Assembly (NCBI GenBank): GCA_029548865.1
Contig: JAKPMO010000004.1
Location: 64,001-128,000 of the forward strand
DNA: 64,000 nt
From: Caldisericota bacterium
GTDB lineage: Bacteria; Caldisericota; Caldisericia; JAAYUI01
Reading direction: 5' to 3'
A program made the translations under genes and the position numbers. Shown one piece after another: positions 27,155-36,549 of the stretch; position 1 is the stretch's first letter; each line of letters starts with the position of its first letter. The notes beneath the pieces were generated by a model, which made no database searches, was not told the DNA's origin, and worked only from the letters and a program-made list of their open reading frames with translations.

Positions 27155-30100
27155 ATGAGACGCCATCTCAGTCTTGTTCTTGTAGCGACCATTATTTTGA
27201 TGGTACAACCTGCTTATGCAGCTGAAAACAAACCTGATATTTCTCTTGACATGCTGGTAGTTCTGGATGGCAATACCGTTGCGGATTTCTTGCCACAAAA
27301 TTATGTCCAGACAGACTCAATCTCCCTGGATTCATCGCTTGCCTTTGCTGGACGCGAAACAATGAAATCGGTTGAATCTTTTATATCTTCAAATTGCCAG
27401 GGCATTGTCGAACAAGTTTATCAAAAATACAGCATTCTTACAAAAGGTTTTGCTTGCAAGATAAAAACACGAAATATTAAAAGACTGGCCAGTATTCCTG
27501 GGATCAAGAGCGTTGAAAAGATTCCGGATTACAAGCTCGATCTTGATACTTCAACAACCGTCATAGGTGCCAATGACGCTTGGAAGATGCTTGATCAAAA
27601 TCGCCAACCGCTGAATGGAACAGGAGTCATCATTGGTGTTATAGATACTGGCCTTGACTGGCGCCATCCCGACCTTGGTTCAAGAATGGGTTCGAAGGAA
27701 AAAGTTGTTGATGGCTATGATTTTGCCGATGGCGCTGATATATCCAATGATACAGAACAGCATGGTACTCATGTTGCTGGCATCTGTGCAGCAAATGGGA
27801 AAGTCAAAGGCGTTGCTCCTGGAGCAAATCTCGCAGGATATAAAGTTTTCACCAGTGAAAAGGGTAGATCAGTCAATGTTGGTGCAAACATCAATGCTGC
27901 ACTTGAGAAAGCAATCACATCGAAGTGCGGGGTAGTCAATCTTTCGCTAGGTTCTCCAGGGGGGAGCACTGGTGGCGAAGAAGGAAATTCAATCTATCAC
28001 AAGGTTGTAAAGGCCGGCATTGTTGTTGTCGCATCTGCAGGCAACAATGGTTCACGCTGCCTTACCCAGCCTTATGTTGTAGGAACGCCAAGCACTTACA
28101 TGCCAGTTATTTCTGTAGCCGCATCTGACGATATGAAGCACCCAGAGATTTCCGTAACAAACCCACCAGGTGAAAATATGCGCATTCTGGGAAGGGAGTT
28201 TGACCTTCCCCCAAAATGGCCAGATAGTGAATGGGAGGTTGTTGATTGCGGATACGGTTATCCTAGCGATTTTGAGGGTATTGACGTCAAAGGCAAAATT
28301 GCTTTGATACAAAGAGGCCCGATAACCGACAAGAATGCCTATTTTAGGGACAAAGACCTCAATGCTGCAAAAGCAGGTGCTGCAGGTTGCATAATTTACA
28401 ATCATAGCCCTGGTTCTTTTGCAGGAACCATGAAAATAGATGATGCAGACCTGGAAAAGAAGTTCATACCTGCACTTGCGATCACAAATGTTCAGGGTCT
28501 TAAACTCCAGTCATTAATAGCAAAGGGTCTTAAAGTGAAAGTTTCTTCAGGGAATCCCTTTGGCCAGATAGCTGATTTCTCTTCCTCAGGGCCCTCCGCC
28601 GATTATTATTTCAAGCCAGAGGTGACGGCACCTGGTGTTGGCATAAGAAGCACTGTAACTACCAAACCAAACAGCGCTGACCCAAAAAAGAGGGACCCTC
28701 AGTGGGCAGTAATGCAGGGAACATCAATGTCTGGTCCTCATGTTGCTGGGGCTTCCGCAATACTGAGGCAGGCATATCCAAAGGCCGAACCAAAACAAAT
28801 CAAGGCCATATTTATGGCGACCTGCGACCTGCTTCGCAATGATGAAGCCGGGGAATACGTTCCCCTGATGTCGCAGGGATCCGGAAGAATCAATATTCCT
28901 GCTGCACTTGGTGCCAAGATGATATTTGATCCACCTGCCCTTTCCTTGAGGGCAATCTCCGGGAAAGTAAAACAGGCATCTTTTAAGGTGACAAATATTT
29001 CCAAAAAGCAAACCGAGTTTGCTTTGAGTTATCATTCGCTTGGAGATACCACAAAGTGCAATTTTGACAGGGAAACAGAGAAGCTAAAACCTGGTGAGAC
29101 AAAAACGATAACAGCATCTTTTGTTTGCGATGACGATTCAAAAGGTTTTCTTGAAGGTGTGATTTTCGCCAATATGGGTCAAGAAAATGTTCATCTCCCG
29201 CTAATAATCCTCAATGGTTCTCCAGATGTCCCGCCACAAGTTTCTGACTTAAGGGTCAGCAAATCAATTATGACACATGGTGAGGGCAGTGAGGCTGGGA
29301 CAACAATCAGCTTCAGGTTCAATTATGGCACCTTCATGTCTGGCGGTCCGGGGCAGGATGTTTCATCAAATTATGGTGCAGCAAAAATAGTTCTCTACGA
29401 TAACGAAGAAAATCCTACTGGAAACATATTTTTTGATGATACCCTGGAGATAGGCTATCACAATATCATATGGAAAGGGCCGGACAATCTTGGAAGGCTG
29501 TTTGTAAAAGATGGCGATTATGTTGTAAATGCATTTGGTCTCTCGGCCAATGCCAGTGGTACGATAGTAGAACAGTCGCCCCGTCAAATGAAGCCAATTT
29601 CGATTGTTGGCGCACCTCTAAAGGAAAAACCTCTGATATTTATTAAGTGTGTTCCAGAGAAACCACGCCCTGAAGAACCTTTCCTTCTTCTTATAAAAAC
29701 GAGTTTTATCCCAAGCTTGTCTTCCATAAAACTGGACATTGATACTGATCCCGCATTTTATCAGGTGAGCTCTATAAAAGCACTGGATGTTTATGGCAAC
29801 TCCAAAGAAAATGTTTTGTTTGAAAACGCCGTTGACAATGAGAAGGGCAAGGTGGGTATAAAGTATCTTTCCACCAATGGTTCTTCCGTGGATTTTAAGG
29901 GCACCATTTTTGCTATTGAGTGCATCTCACATCAGGAAGGCATCTCGAGTGTTTCCATAAAAGAATGTACCGCAACCTCTTCTTTTGGCCAAATTGCTCC
30001 AATACCTCTCAAAGCAGTTTTTGAGATAAAAAAGGGCTACAGTTTTTATGATCTAAATATGGATGGTGTTGTTGATGAGCTTGATGGTGACATACTCATG

Positions 30101-30229
30101 TACCGTCTTGGAACATCTGAAGGGGAAGAAAACTATACTGAATCGATGGATTTTGATGGAGATGGACAAATAACCGTAATTGACTTTATAATATTGGCAA
30201 AACACTACGGGCAAACAATGTACCCATAG
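27155..30229 (+). CDS. Secreted S8 (Vpr-like) serine protease 1: propeptide, PA domain, Ig/FlgD-like domains, divergent cohesin, dockerin
   Basis: VIDTG, HGTHVAG, SAGN, GTSMSGP; PA domain VKGKIALIQRG; C-terminal DLNMDGVVDELD...DFDGDGQITVID. Confidence 0.92.
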   Translation: MRRHLSLVLVATIILMVQPAYAAENKPDISLDMLVVLDGNTVADFLPQNYVQTDSISLDSSLAFAGRETMKSVESFISSNCQGIVEQVYQKYSILTKGFACKIKTRNIKRLASIPGIKSVEKIPDYKLDLDTSTTVIGANDAWKMLDQNRQPLNGTGVIIGVIDTGLDWRHPDLGSRMGSKEKVVDGYDFADGADISNDTEQHGTHVAGICAANGKVKGVAPGANLAGYKVFTSEKGRSVNVGANINAALEKAITSKCGVVNLSLGSPGGSTGGEEGNSIYHKVVKAGIVVVASAGNNGSRCLTQPYVVGTPSTYMPVISVAASDDMKHPEISVTNPPGENMRILGREFDLPPKWPDSEWEVVDCGYGYPSDFEGIDVKGKIALIQRGPITDKNAYFRDKDLNAAKAGAAGCIIYNHSPGSFAGTMKIDDADLEKKFIPALAITNVQGLKLQSLIAKGLKVKVSSGNPFGQIADFSSSGPSADYYFKPEVTAPGVGIRSTVTTKPNSADPKKRDPQWAVMQGTSMSGPHVAGASAILRQAYPKAEPKQIKAIFMATCDLLRNDEAGEYVPLMSQGSGRINIPAALGAKMIFDPPALSLRAISGKVKQASFKVTNISKKQTEFALSYHSLGDTTKCNFDRETEKLKPGETKTITASFVCDDDSKGFLEGVIFANMGQENVHLPLIILNGSPDVPPQVSDLRVSKSIMTHGEGSEAGTTISFRFNYGTFMSGGPGQDVSSNYGAAKIVLYDNEENPTGNIFFDDTLEIGYHNIIWKGPDNLGRLFVKDGDYVVNAFGLSANASGTIVEQSPRQMKPISIVGAPLKEKPLIFIKCVPEKPRPEEPFLLLIKTSFIPSLSSIKLDIDTDPAFYQVSSIKALDVYGNSKENVLFENAVDNEKGKVGIKYLSTNGSSVDFKGTIFAIECISHQEGISSVSIKECTATSSFGQIAPIPLKAVFEIKKGYSFYDLNMDGVVDELDGDILMYRLGTSEGEENYTESMDFDGDGQITVIDFIILAKHYGQTMYP

Positions 30230-30290
30230 ACTAGCATAAGCATTTCATTTTGGTATAATTCTTACGCGATACTAGATTTAAGGAGCTTCA

Positions 30291-33200
30291 ATGAGAAGAT
30301 ACCTGGTTTGGGCTTTGATTTTTGTTCTCTCGGCAGGTCTTTTTCCGGCCAGCCGGGTCTTGTCGGCTTCTGATATCTATCTGGTTACCATTAATGGTGA
30401 ATCGGCTTGCAGAATGGAAAGTATGGGTTTTTCGCCGATCCATTCGATGCTCGTGTCAAAAACTTTGCTTGCCAGTGCGAAGGATGCTATCAGAAAAAAT
30501 TGCCACTCGGCTTCATTCAGGTTTGATTTTGATTACCTTTTAAATGGAATGTCTGTTGAGCTTGACAAGCGGGATGCTGAAGTGGTAAAAAGCTTGTCAT
30601 TTGTTAAGTCGATTACAAGAATTAATAGTCTAGCACCAGCAGCAGTCAGGACTGTTGCTGAAACAGTTGGGGCCTCGCCGCTTTATGAAGTTAAGGATCA
30701 AAATGGCAATTTTGTTAATGGCAAAGACATTCTTGTCGGTGTGATCGATTCTGGAATAGATTATAGACACCAGGACCTTGGAAATGGAATGTATGGACCT
30801 GGTGCAAAGGTGGTGGGTGGATCCAATTTTGTGGAACCAAAGGCACCTCCGCTTGATGATGAAGTAATGGGTCATGGAACCTCAGTAGCAGGCATTATCG
30901 CTGCAGACAACACAAAAGCGCCGGGTATTGCTCAAGGTGCAAAATTGATGTCTTATAAGGTTTTCTCAAACAAGAATCCCGATGTAATGGAAGATGTTGT
31001 TATCGCGGCGATTCAGGCAGCTGTAAAAGATGGATGCAAAGTAATCAATGTCTCTCTTGCAAGACCAGGTGGCAGTTCTTCTGAACTTTCAGCCTCTGCT
31101 CTTGCAGCAGAACAGGCTACAAGGGCTGGTATTTCAGTTGTTGGCTCAGCCGGTGATTTTGGAGTTTATTGTGATGGCATTGAAGGTGGAACGGTTGGTG
31201 GGCCATCCCTAGCCCTTGATTCGATATGCGTTGGTTCTTCAGACACCAGGCCAGCTTGCAGGGTAAAAATTGAAGGCTCAAACAGAAGCATTTTTGGAAT
31301 GATGTCTGTGCCACCCCTTTCATTTGCTGGACCACAATCCATAGAGCTTGTTGATGGTGGATATGGATCCGAAGAGGAATTTTCAAAAACTAATGTTCTT
31401 GGCAAGTATGTTCTTATAAAAAGAGGGCCAGAGATTGGCGAAGCAATCCCATTCTTCCAGAAACTGCTCAATGCAAAAAAGAGGGGTGCTGTTGGTGCAA
31501 TTATCTGGAACCATAGTCTTGGAGAAGTTTTCCAGATGTTTGTTGGTTTCAATTCAATAACTGGAGAACCAATAAGAAATGAAGAAATTGTCCCATCATG
31601 TTTTATAGGGAATTCTGATGGACTCTTCCTCCAAAAGCTTGTCTCAGGCCAGGAAGTCAAGACCTCTATCACAGAAGAAATTGCCGATACAGTGGCAAGA
31701 ATGACGGCTATTGGTCCAACATCGGACCTAACATTCAAACCGGATGTTTGCGCCCCTGGAATTGGAGTGCCTGCTCCTCTCTCCACAAGTTCGACTGATG
31801 GAAACACCTCAAAATATACACAGAATTTCTCTGGTACTTCCGCAAGTGCCGGTATTGTATCTGGAGCCGTTGCCTTGATAAAACAGGCCAATCCAGGTTG
31901 GACACCATCTGATATAAGACTTGCCCTCATGAACACATCAAAACTTCTTATCAATCCAATAACTGGTGAATATTCCAGTCTTTTGTTGCAGGGTGCTGGA
32001 CAGATAAATGCCAAAATGGCAACATCCGCCCCATGCGTTATTTCACCAGGCGGGTTGATAGTCACAAAAGACAAATCAAAGGACGTAAAGCTTACATTTA
32101 AGGGCCTTGGTACTGATGCAAATTTCAAAGTGAGATTTGAAGTTCTGAATAAGCTTGATGATTATGTCAAGTTTACTGGTCAGGAGACTGTAAGTGTGCC
32201 TTCAAAAAATGAAGCAACATACACTTTCTCAATTGATTATTCTGCGACTGAAATCCCATGGAATGTAGAGTGCGTTATCTGGTTTGAAAGCGACAAGATA
32301 AAGTTGCATGTTCCGGTCATTTGCTGGAAAGGCTATGCCACAAGTGAGAAAAGGAATATTACCTCACTCAAAGTTACAGGAAACAACATCAATTATGATG
32401 GGAAGGGCGACAAGGTAACCATCGAATTTGGTGTTGCGATGGGCGATAAATTTACATACAAGCCTCTTTTTTACAAAATGCAGAGCGATGAGGAAGCTCC
32501 GCAGCCAAGAGAAACGATGATTTCTGGTGTCCAGTTTGATCTTATTGATGGTAATGGTGATACATGGGTGACAATAAAACGCTTTGAGAACACCCAGTAT
32601 GGTTACTACAAATTTGACTGGTTTGGTGAAGATGCCGAGGGCATGCATTCAATACCTGATGGTTCTTATGGTCTCAAGATTGTTATTAGCGAAACAGTTC
32701 TGGAGCCAGGAAGCGCCAAATTGAAAACCAAGAATTCATCTCAGATTGCAAAAGACACTATAAGAATAAATGGAAGCAAAGTGCAAAGTCCACCAAGGTT
32801 CTTTATGGTTGCACAACCACATACGCCCTCTGCCAACCAGAAAGTTCTTGTGGATTGTTATGTGACATTTGCAAAAGATATTTCATCGCTTAATTTCAAT
32901 GTAGCCTACAATCCGGATGAGGTTAAAATACTCCAGGTTTGGCCTGGGAGATTCCTCCAATCAGACGGCTCGCCGGTAGAATCCGATGTTTATCTCGATG
33001 ATGTCAATGGTAAAATCAAAGTTATTTCCAAGAGAGCAAATCAAACTGGCATTAGCGGACATGGTATCATTCTGAAGTTCTTGGCCATCTTCCCCAATCC
33101 GTCTGCGCCAACCATTAAATTTGATGATCTTAGTCCATATGATCCAAGAGGAAGGATGATCCCACACATGGGTTTCCCACTGGAACTTGAAGTTACCGAT

Positions 33201-33392
33201 GTCGAACCACTACTTGGCGACCTCAATTTCGATGGAATTGTAGATATGGAAGACTACTTTATTTTCGCGCAATCGTATGGTGCAAAGAGGGATGAATTAC
33301 ACTACAACCCTCTTGCTGATTTCAACTCGGATGGTATTATTGACTTCGAAGATTTGAAAGTATTGCTTAATAATCTTGGCAAAAGTGAGTGA
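30291..33392 (+). CDS. Secreted S8 serine protease 2 (atypical active site) with cohesin and dockerin
   Basis: VIDSG, HGTSVAG, SAGD, GTSASAG; cohesin LNFNVAYNPDEV...GRFL...ISGHGIILKF; GDLNFDGIVDMED...DFNSDGIIDFED. Confidence 0.9.
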   Translation: MRRYLVWALIFVLSAGLFPASRVLSASDIYLVTINGESACRMESMGFSPIHSMLVSKTLLASAKDAIRKNCHSASFRFDFDYLLNGMSVELDKRDAEVVKSLSFVKSITRINSLAPAAVRTVAETVGASPLYEVKDQNGNFVNGKDILVGVIDSGIDYRHQDLGNGMYGPGAKVVGGSNFVEPKAPPLDDEVMGHGTSVAGIIAADNTKAPGIAQGAKLMSYKVFSNKNPDVMEDVVIAAIQAAVKDGCKVINVSLARPGGSSSELSASALAAEQATRAGISVVGSAGDFGVYCDGIEGGTVGGPSLALDSICVGSSDTRPACRVKIEGSNRSIFGMMSVPPLSFAGPQSIELVDGGYGSEEEFSKTNVLGKYVLIKRGPEIGEAIPFFQKLLNAKKRGAVGAIIWNHSLGEVFQMFVGFNSITGEPIRNEEIVPSCFIGNSDGLFLQKLVSGQEVKTSITEEIADTVARMTAIGPTSDLTFKPDVCAPGIGVPAPLSTSSTDGNTSKYTQNFSGTSASAGIVSGAVALIKQANPGWTPSDIRLALMNTSKLLINPITGEYSSLLLQGAGQINAKMATSAPCVISPGGLIVTKDKSKDVKLTFKGLGTDANFKVRFEVLNKLDDYVKFTGQETVSVPSKNEATYTFSIDYSATEIPWNVECVIWFESDKIKLHVPVICWKGYATSEKRNITSLKVTGNNINYDGKGDKVTIEFGVAMGDKFTYKPLFYKMQSDEEAPQPRETMISGVQFDLIDGNGDTWVTIKRFENTQYGYYKFDWFGEDAEGMHSIPDGSYGLKIVISETVLEPGSAKLKTKNSSQIAKDTIRINGSKVQSPPRFFMVAQPHTPSANQKVLVDCYVTFAKDISSLNFNVAYNPDEVKILQVWPGRFLQSDGSPVESDVYLDDVNGKIKVISKRANQTGISGHGIILKFLAIFPNPSAPTIKFDDLSPYDPRGRMIPHMGFPLELEVTDVEPLLGDLNFDGIVDMEDYFIFAQSYGAKRDELHYNPLADFNSDGIIDFEDLKVLLNNLGKSE

Positions 33393-33408
33393 AGAAAGGG
33401 CAGTCTAA

Positions 33409-36400
33409 ATGAAAAAAGCGCTTGCATTGATTGTCGCAGTTGCCGTGCTGGCAGGTTTGCCAGTCATCATGGCTCGAAACACCGTCGCTTCCGATGTGAA
33501 AATTACAGTGGAGCAGGTTTATGGTGTAATGCCTGATTCTTACATCGGCTCATTCAACCTTTCAGGCCCGAATACAGTGGAGTCTGACTATATGGTTGGC
33601 TACTATTATCCGATGTGTGCGATGAAGGTAACAAGTGATGGCAATTTGATAGTTGCCGATACCGCCTATGGAAGAGTCCATGTGCTTGGCTCGGATCTCT
33701 CCCACAAGAGTGTTTTTGGATCCCTTGGTTTTGGCGATGGCAAGTTTCAATATCCAGTTGATTGTGCCGAAGATGGGGATGGCAACCTTTATTTTGTAGA
33801 CATGTATAATTGCCAGGTTTCAAAATGGGACAAATATGGCAAATTTATTGGCGCTTTTGGCTCTGAAGGCCAGGAGAATGGGCAGTTTATTGCACCAGGT
33901 GGAATAGCAGTTGATAGTGATGGAAATATTTATGTTTCCGATGGCAACACAGCCAGAATACAAAAGTTTGATTCTTCCTTCAAATTTAAAAACTTAATGA
34001 ATGTTGGAAGTGAGACCGTTGCTCTTGATTCTCCTGGACCGATCAGAATTGGACCAAATGATGAAGTTTTTGTTGCAGAAATGAAAAGTGGGACCATTTA
34101 TCAATTCAAACCATCCGGTGATTTTGTAAAGGCAGTTGTCAAATCAACCGACGAAAAAAATCCCATTTTTAAAAAGCTGGGTGCTTTCGAAGTTGGTTCA
34201 GACGGGACATTCTATCTCCTTGATCGTGCAGATGGTTCAAACGCAATAAAGATTTTTGACAAGGATGGGAAAGAAAAGTCAAGGTTCCAGAGCGTTGCTT
34301 CCAATGAGGAGTATCTTGATGGCATGGCAGTTGGAGCAGACAGTGTTTATGTCCATGTTTATGGTTCAATCAATCCAGGGTCTGGCGTCTCGATTGACAA
34401 CCCGTTTATTGTGCCAAGCTCACAAAGACTCATCAAATTTGACAAATCAGGTTCCAAAAAGGGTGAGGAATCATACAACCCGATGCAAGAGGGCAGGGGT
34501 GGAAACATCACATCATGCGCTGTGACTTCAGATGGGACACTCTATGCCGTTTCAAACATCAATGTTGATCAGGGTGGTAAATACGCTAGTAATATCCTTG
34601 TTTGGGACGCAAAAGGAAACTATCAGAACTCGATTTCAACTGATGATCTTAATCTTTCAAATCAAGCTCTCTTCTCTGACGTAACAGTTGATTCATATGA
34701 TAATGTTTATGTTTCTGTCAATGAAGGTTTTAGGGGCGAGGTTCCAGGTTACATCATAAAGATTGCAACTGGCTCCGAAATGCTTTCAACGGTAACCCCA
34801 AATTCAAGGACCGCTATTTCTTACTCATCCGAGCAAATCGGAAAAGGTGATCTTGGAACTCCAGCAGGTCTGTGTGTTGATCGTATGGACAACCTTTATG
34901 TTGCCGACAGGGCAAGACAGTCAGTGATCATATTTACAAGCAAGGGGAGAAAAAGGGATGAACTTGGTGTCAATACTTCACCCAGCAATGTTTCGGTTGA
35001 CCCATTCCGCAATATGGCCTGTGCAACCGATGGACAGATAGTTGTCATTGACAAAAAAGGCAGAGACATCGCCAGTATGGGTGGTCAGGGAAGAAAACCA
35101 GGACAACTCTATTATCCCCATGGAGTTCTTTTCGCAAATAATGGAGCAGTAATTGTTTCTGATGGCGAAAATGGAAGAATCCAGATTTTTGAACGCAAAG
35201 AGGGTTCTGATTTCACGGCCACATATACTTCTCCTCGTATGTTCTATGTTCCGCAGGGAATGTGCTGGGGCAAGGACCAGAAGGTTTATCTCACAGATAA
35301 CTTCCATAATGTAATTTACAGGCTCAACATCAATGGTTACACACCACCAGGAATTGGCGAAACTGGTCCAGAACCGCCGCTCCCACCACAACCACCGGCC
35401 CCACAAAATATCCCATCAGATGGTGAGATTTACTTCCAGCCATCAGATGTGAAAATTCCATCGGGTGGATCATCAGACATCAATATCAGCATCAGGTATG
35501 CGTCAAATGTCTATGGTGTTGGTATGACACTCAAATATGACCCGCAATATCTCCAGCTTGACAAGTGCGAACAGGGGAATTTCCTTTCCTCTGACGGAAA
35601 CAAAAACCTCTTTATCTACAAAGATGAGCCAAAGGGTACAGTAAAAATTGGTGGCCCGACAAGAACATCAGCGGTTGCTGGAATGAATGGTGAAGGCATA
35701 CTTATAAAGTTCCGTTTCGTTGGTGTCAAGGAGGGCGACACAAAGCTCGAAGTATCAGAGGTATTAGTTAAAGATCCAGATCTTAACAATATTCAAGTTT
35801 CAGTCACAAATGCCAAAGTTAAAGTGTTGCCAAAAGACAGCACGCCACCACCAGTAAATGTCAATATTCCAAAATGTTCTTGGGATGCTTCATTTACCGG
35901 TTCCGGAACCACTGAAAAAGATGCAAAACTTGTACTCAAGACTGTTGATGGAAGCCAGGACATAAAAGTTGGTGCAGATGGAAGCTTCAAGTTTACAGTG
36001 AATTTGAAAAAAGGTGCCAACAACTTCACAATTACAGCAACTGATCCAGCGGGTAATTCAAAAGACTATACCTTTACAATCAATCAGGCAACAAAAAATG
36101 TTGTTGTCATGTGGGTTGGAAAGCTCGTTTACATGGTTAATGGTTCCAATATGAACCTTAATGCTGCTCCGCAGCTTATCGGTGGTTCAACATATGTTCC
36201 AATGCGTGACCTTGGAAATGCTCTCAGCTGTGTTGTTGATTGGGACGCTAAAGAAAAGAAAGCAACATATACATACACAGATCCATGCTCTGGTACACAA
36301 ACAGTCCTTGAAGCCTGGATTGACAAAACCATGGGAAGACTCAATGGTTCGCCACTAGATTTTGGTAAGGCACCAAAGATAATTGGTGGAAGAACGCTCG

Positions 36401-36492
36401 TGCCGTTACGTGCTATCTCGTCTGGACTTGGTGCTGATGTAAAGTATGAGGCTTCAAACAAGCAGATAACAATCACTCATCCGAAGCCCTGA
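33409..36492 (+). CDS. Secreted NHL double-propeller protein with Pro-rich linker, cohesin, Ig-like domain and C-terminal stalk domain
   Basis: NHL repeats; PEPPLPPQPPAP linker; cohesin VYGVGMTLKYDPQYL...GNFL...MNGEGILIKFRF; TYVPMRDL and TLVPLRAI stalk repeats. Confidence 0.85.
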   Translation: MKKALALIVAVAVLAGLPVIMARNTVASDVKITVEQVYGVMPDSYIGSFNLSGPNTVESDYMVGYYYPMCAMKVTSDGNLIVADTAYGRVHVLGSDLSHKSVFGSLGFGDGKFQYPVDCAEDGDGNLYFVDMYNCQVSKWDKYGKFIGAFGSEGQENGQFIAPGGIAVDSDGNIYVSDGNTARIQKFDSSFKFKNLMNVGSETVALDSPGPIRIGPNDEVFVAEMKSGTIYQFKPSGDFVKAVVKSTDEKNPIFKKLGAFEVGSDGTFYLLDRADGSNAIKIFDKDGKEKSRFQSVASNEEYLDGMAVGADSVYVHVYGSINPGSGVSIDNPFIVPSSQRLIKFDKSGSKKGEESYNPMQEGRGGNITSCAVTSDGTLYAVSNINVDQGGKYASNILVWDAKGNYQNSISTDDLNLSNQALFSDVTVDSYDNVYVSVNEGFRGEVPGYIIKIATGSEMLSTVTPNSRTAISYSSEQIGKGDLGTPAGLCVDRMDNLYVADRARQSVIIFTSKGRKRDELGVNTSPSNVSVDPFRNMACATDGQIVVIDKKGRDIASMGGQGRKPGQLYYPHGVLFANNGAVIVSDGENGRIQIFERKEGSDFTATYTSPRMFYVPQGMCWGKDQKVYLTDNFHNVIYRLNINGYTPPGIGETGPEPPLPPQPPAPQNIPSDGEIYFQPSDVKIPSGGSSDINISIRYASNVYGVGMTLKYDPQYLQLDKCEQGNFLSSDGNKNLFIYKDEPKGTVKIGGPTRTSAVAGMNGEGILIKFRFVGVKEGDTKLEVSEVLVKDPDLNNIQVSVTNAKVKVLPKDSTPPPVNVNIPKCSWDASFTGSGTTEKDAKLVLKTVDGSQDIKVGADGSFKFTVNLKKGANNFTITATDPAGNSKDYTFTINQATKNVVVMWVGKLVYMVNGSNMNLNAAPQLIGGSTYVPMRDLGNALSCVVDWDAKEKKATYTYTDPCSGTQTVLEAWIDKTMGRLNGSPLDFGKAPKIIGGRTLVPLRAISSGLGADVKYEASNKQITITHPKP

Positions 36493-36502
36493 TAAACTTT
36501 TG

Positions 36503-36532
36503 AAAGGGAGGCCTTTTGGCCTCCCTTTTTTT
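36503..36532 (+). terminator. Intrinsic terminator-like hairpin inside the protease cluster
   Basis: AAAGGGAGGCC-tttt-GGCCTCCC followed by T7. Confidence 0.85.
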
Positions 36533-36549
36533 GTAGACATGGAGGGGAT

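Noticed and set aside
31166..32128. 320-aa antisense ORF, and similar ORFs at 4018, 4451, 52563 and 61375
   Set aside because: Shadows of well-supported genes on the opposite strand, with no recognisable motifs
35340..35415. CCA/CCG-rich low-complexity tract
   Set aside because: Explained as the Pro-rich linker of the NHL-cohesin protein, not a DNA repeat element
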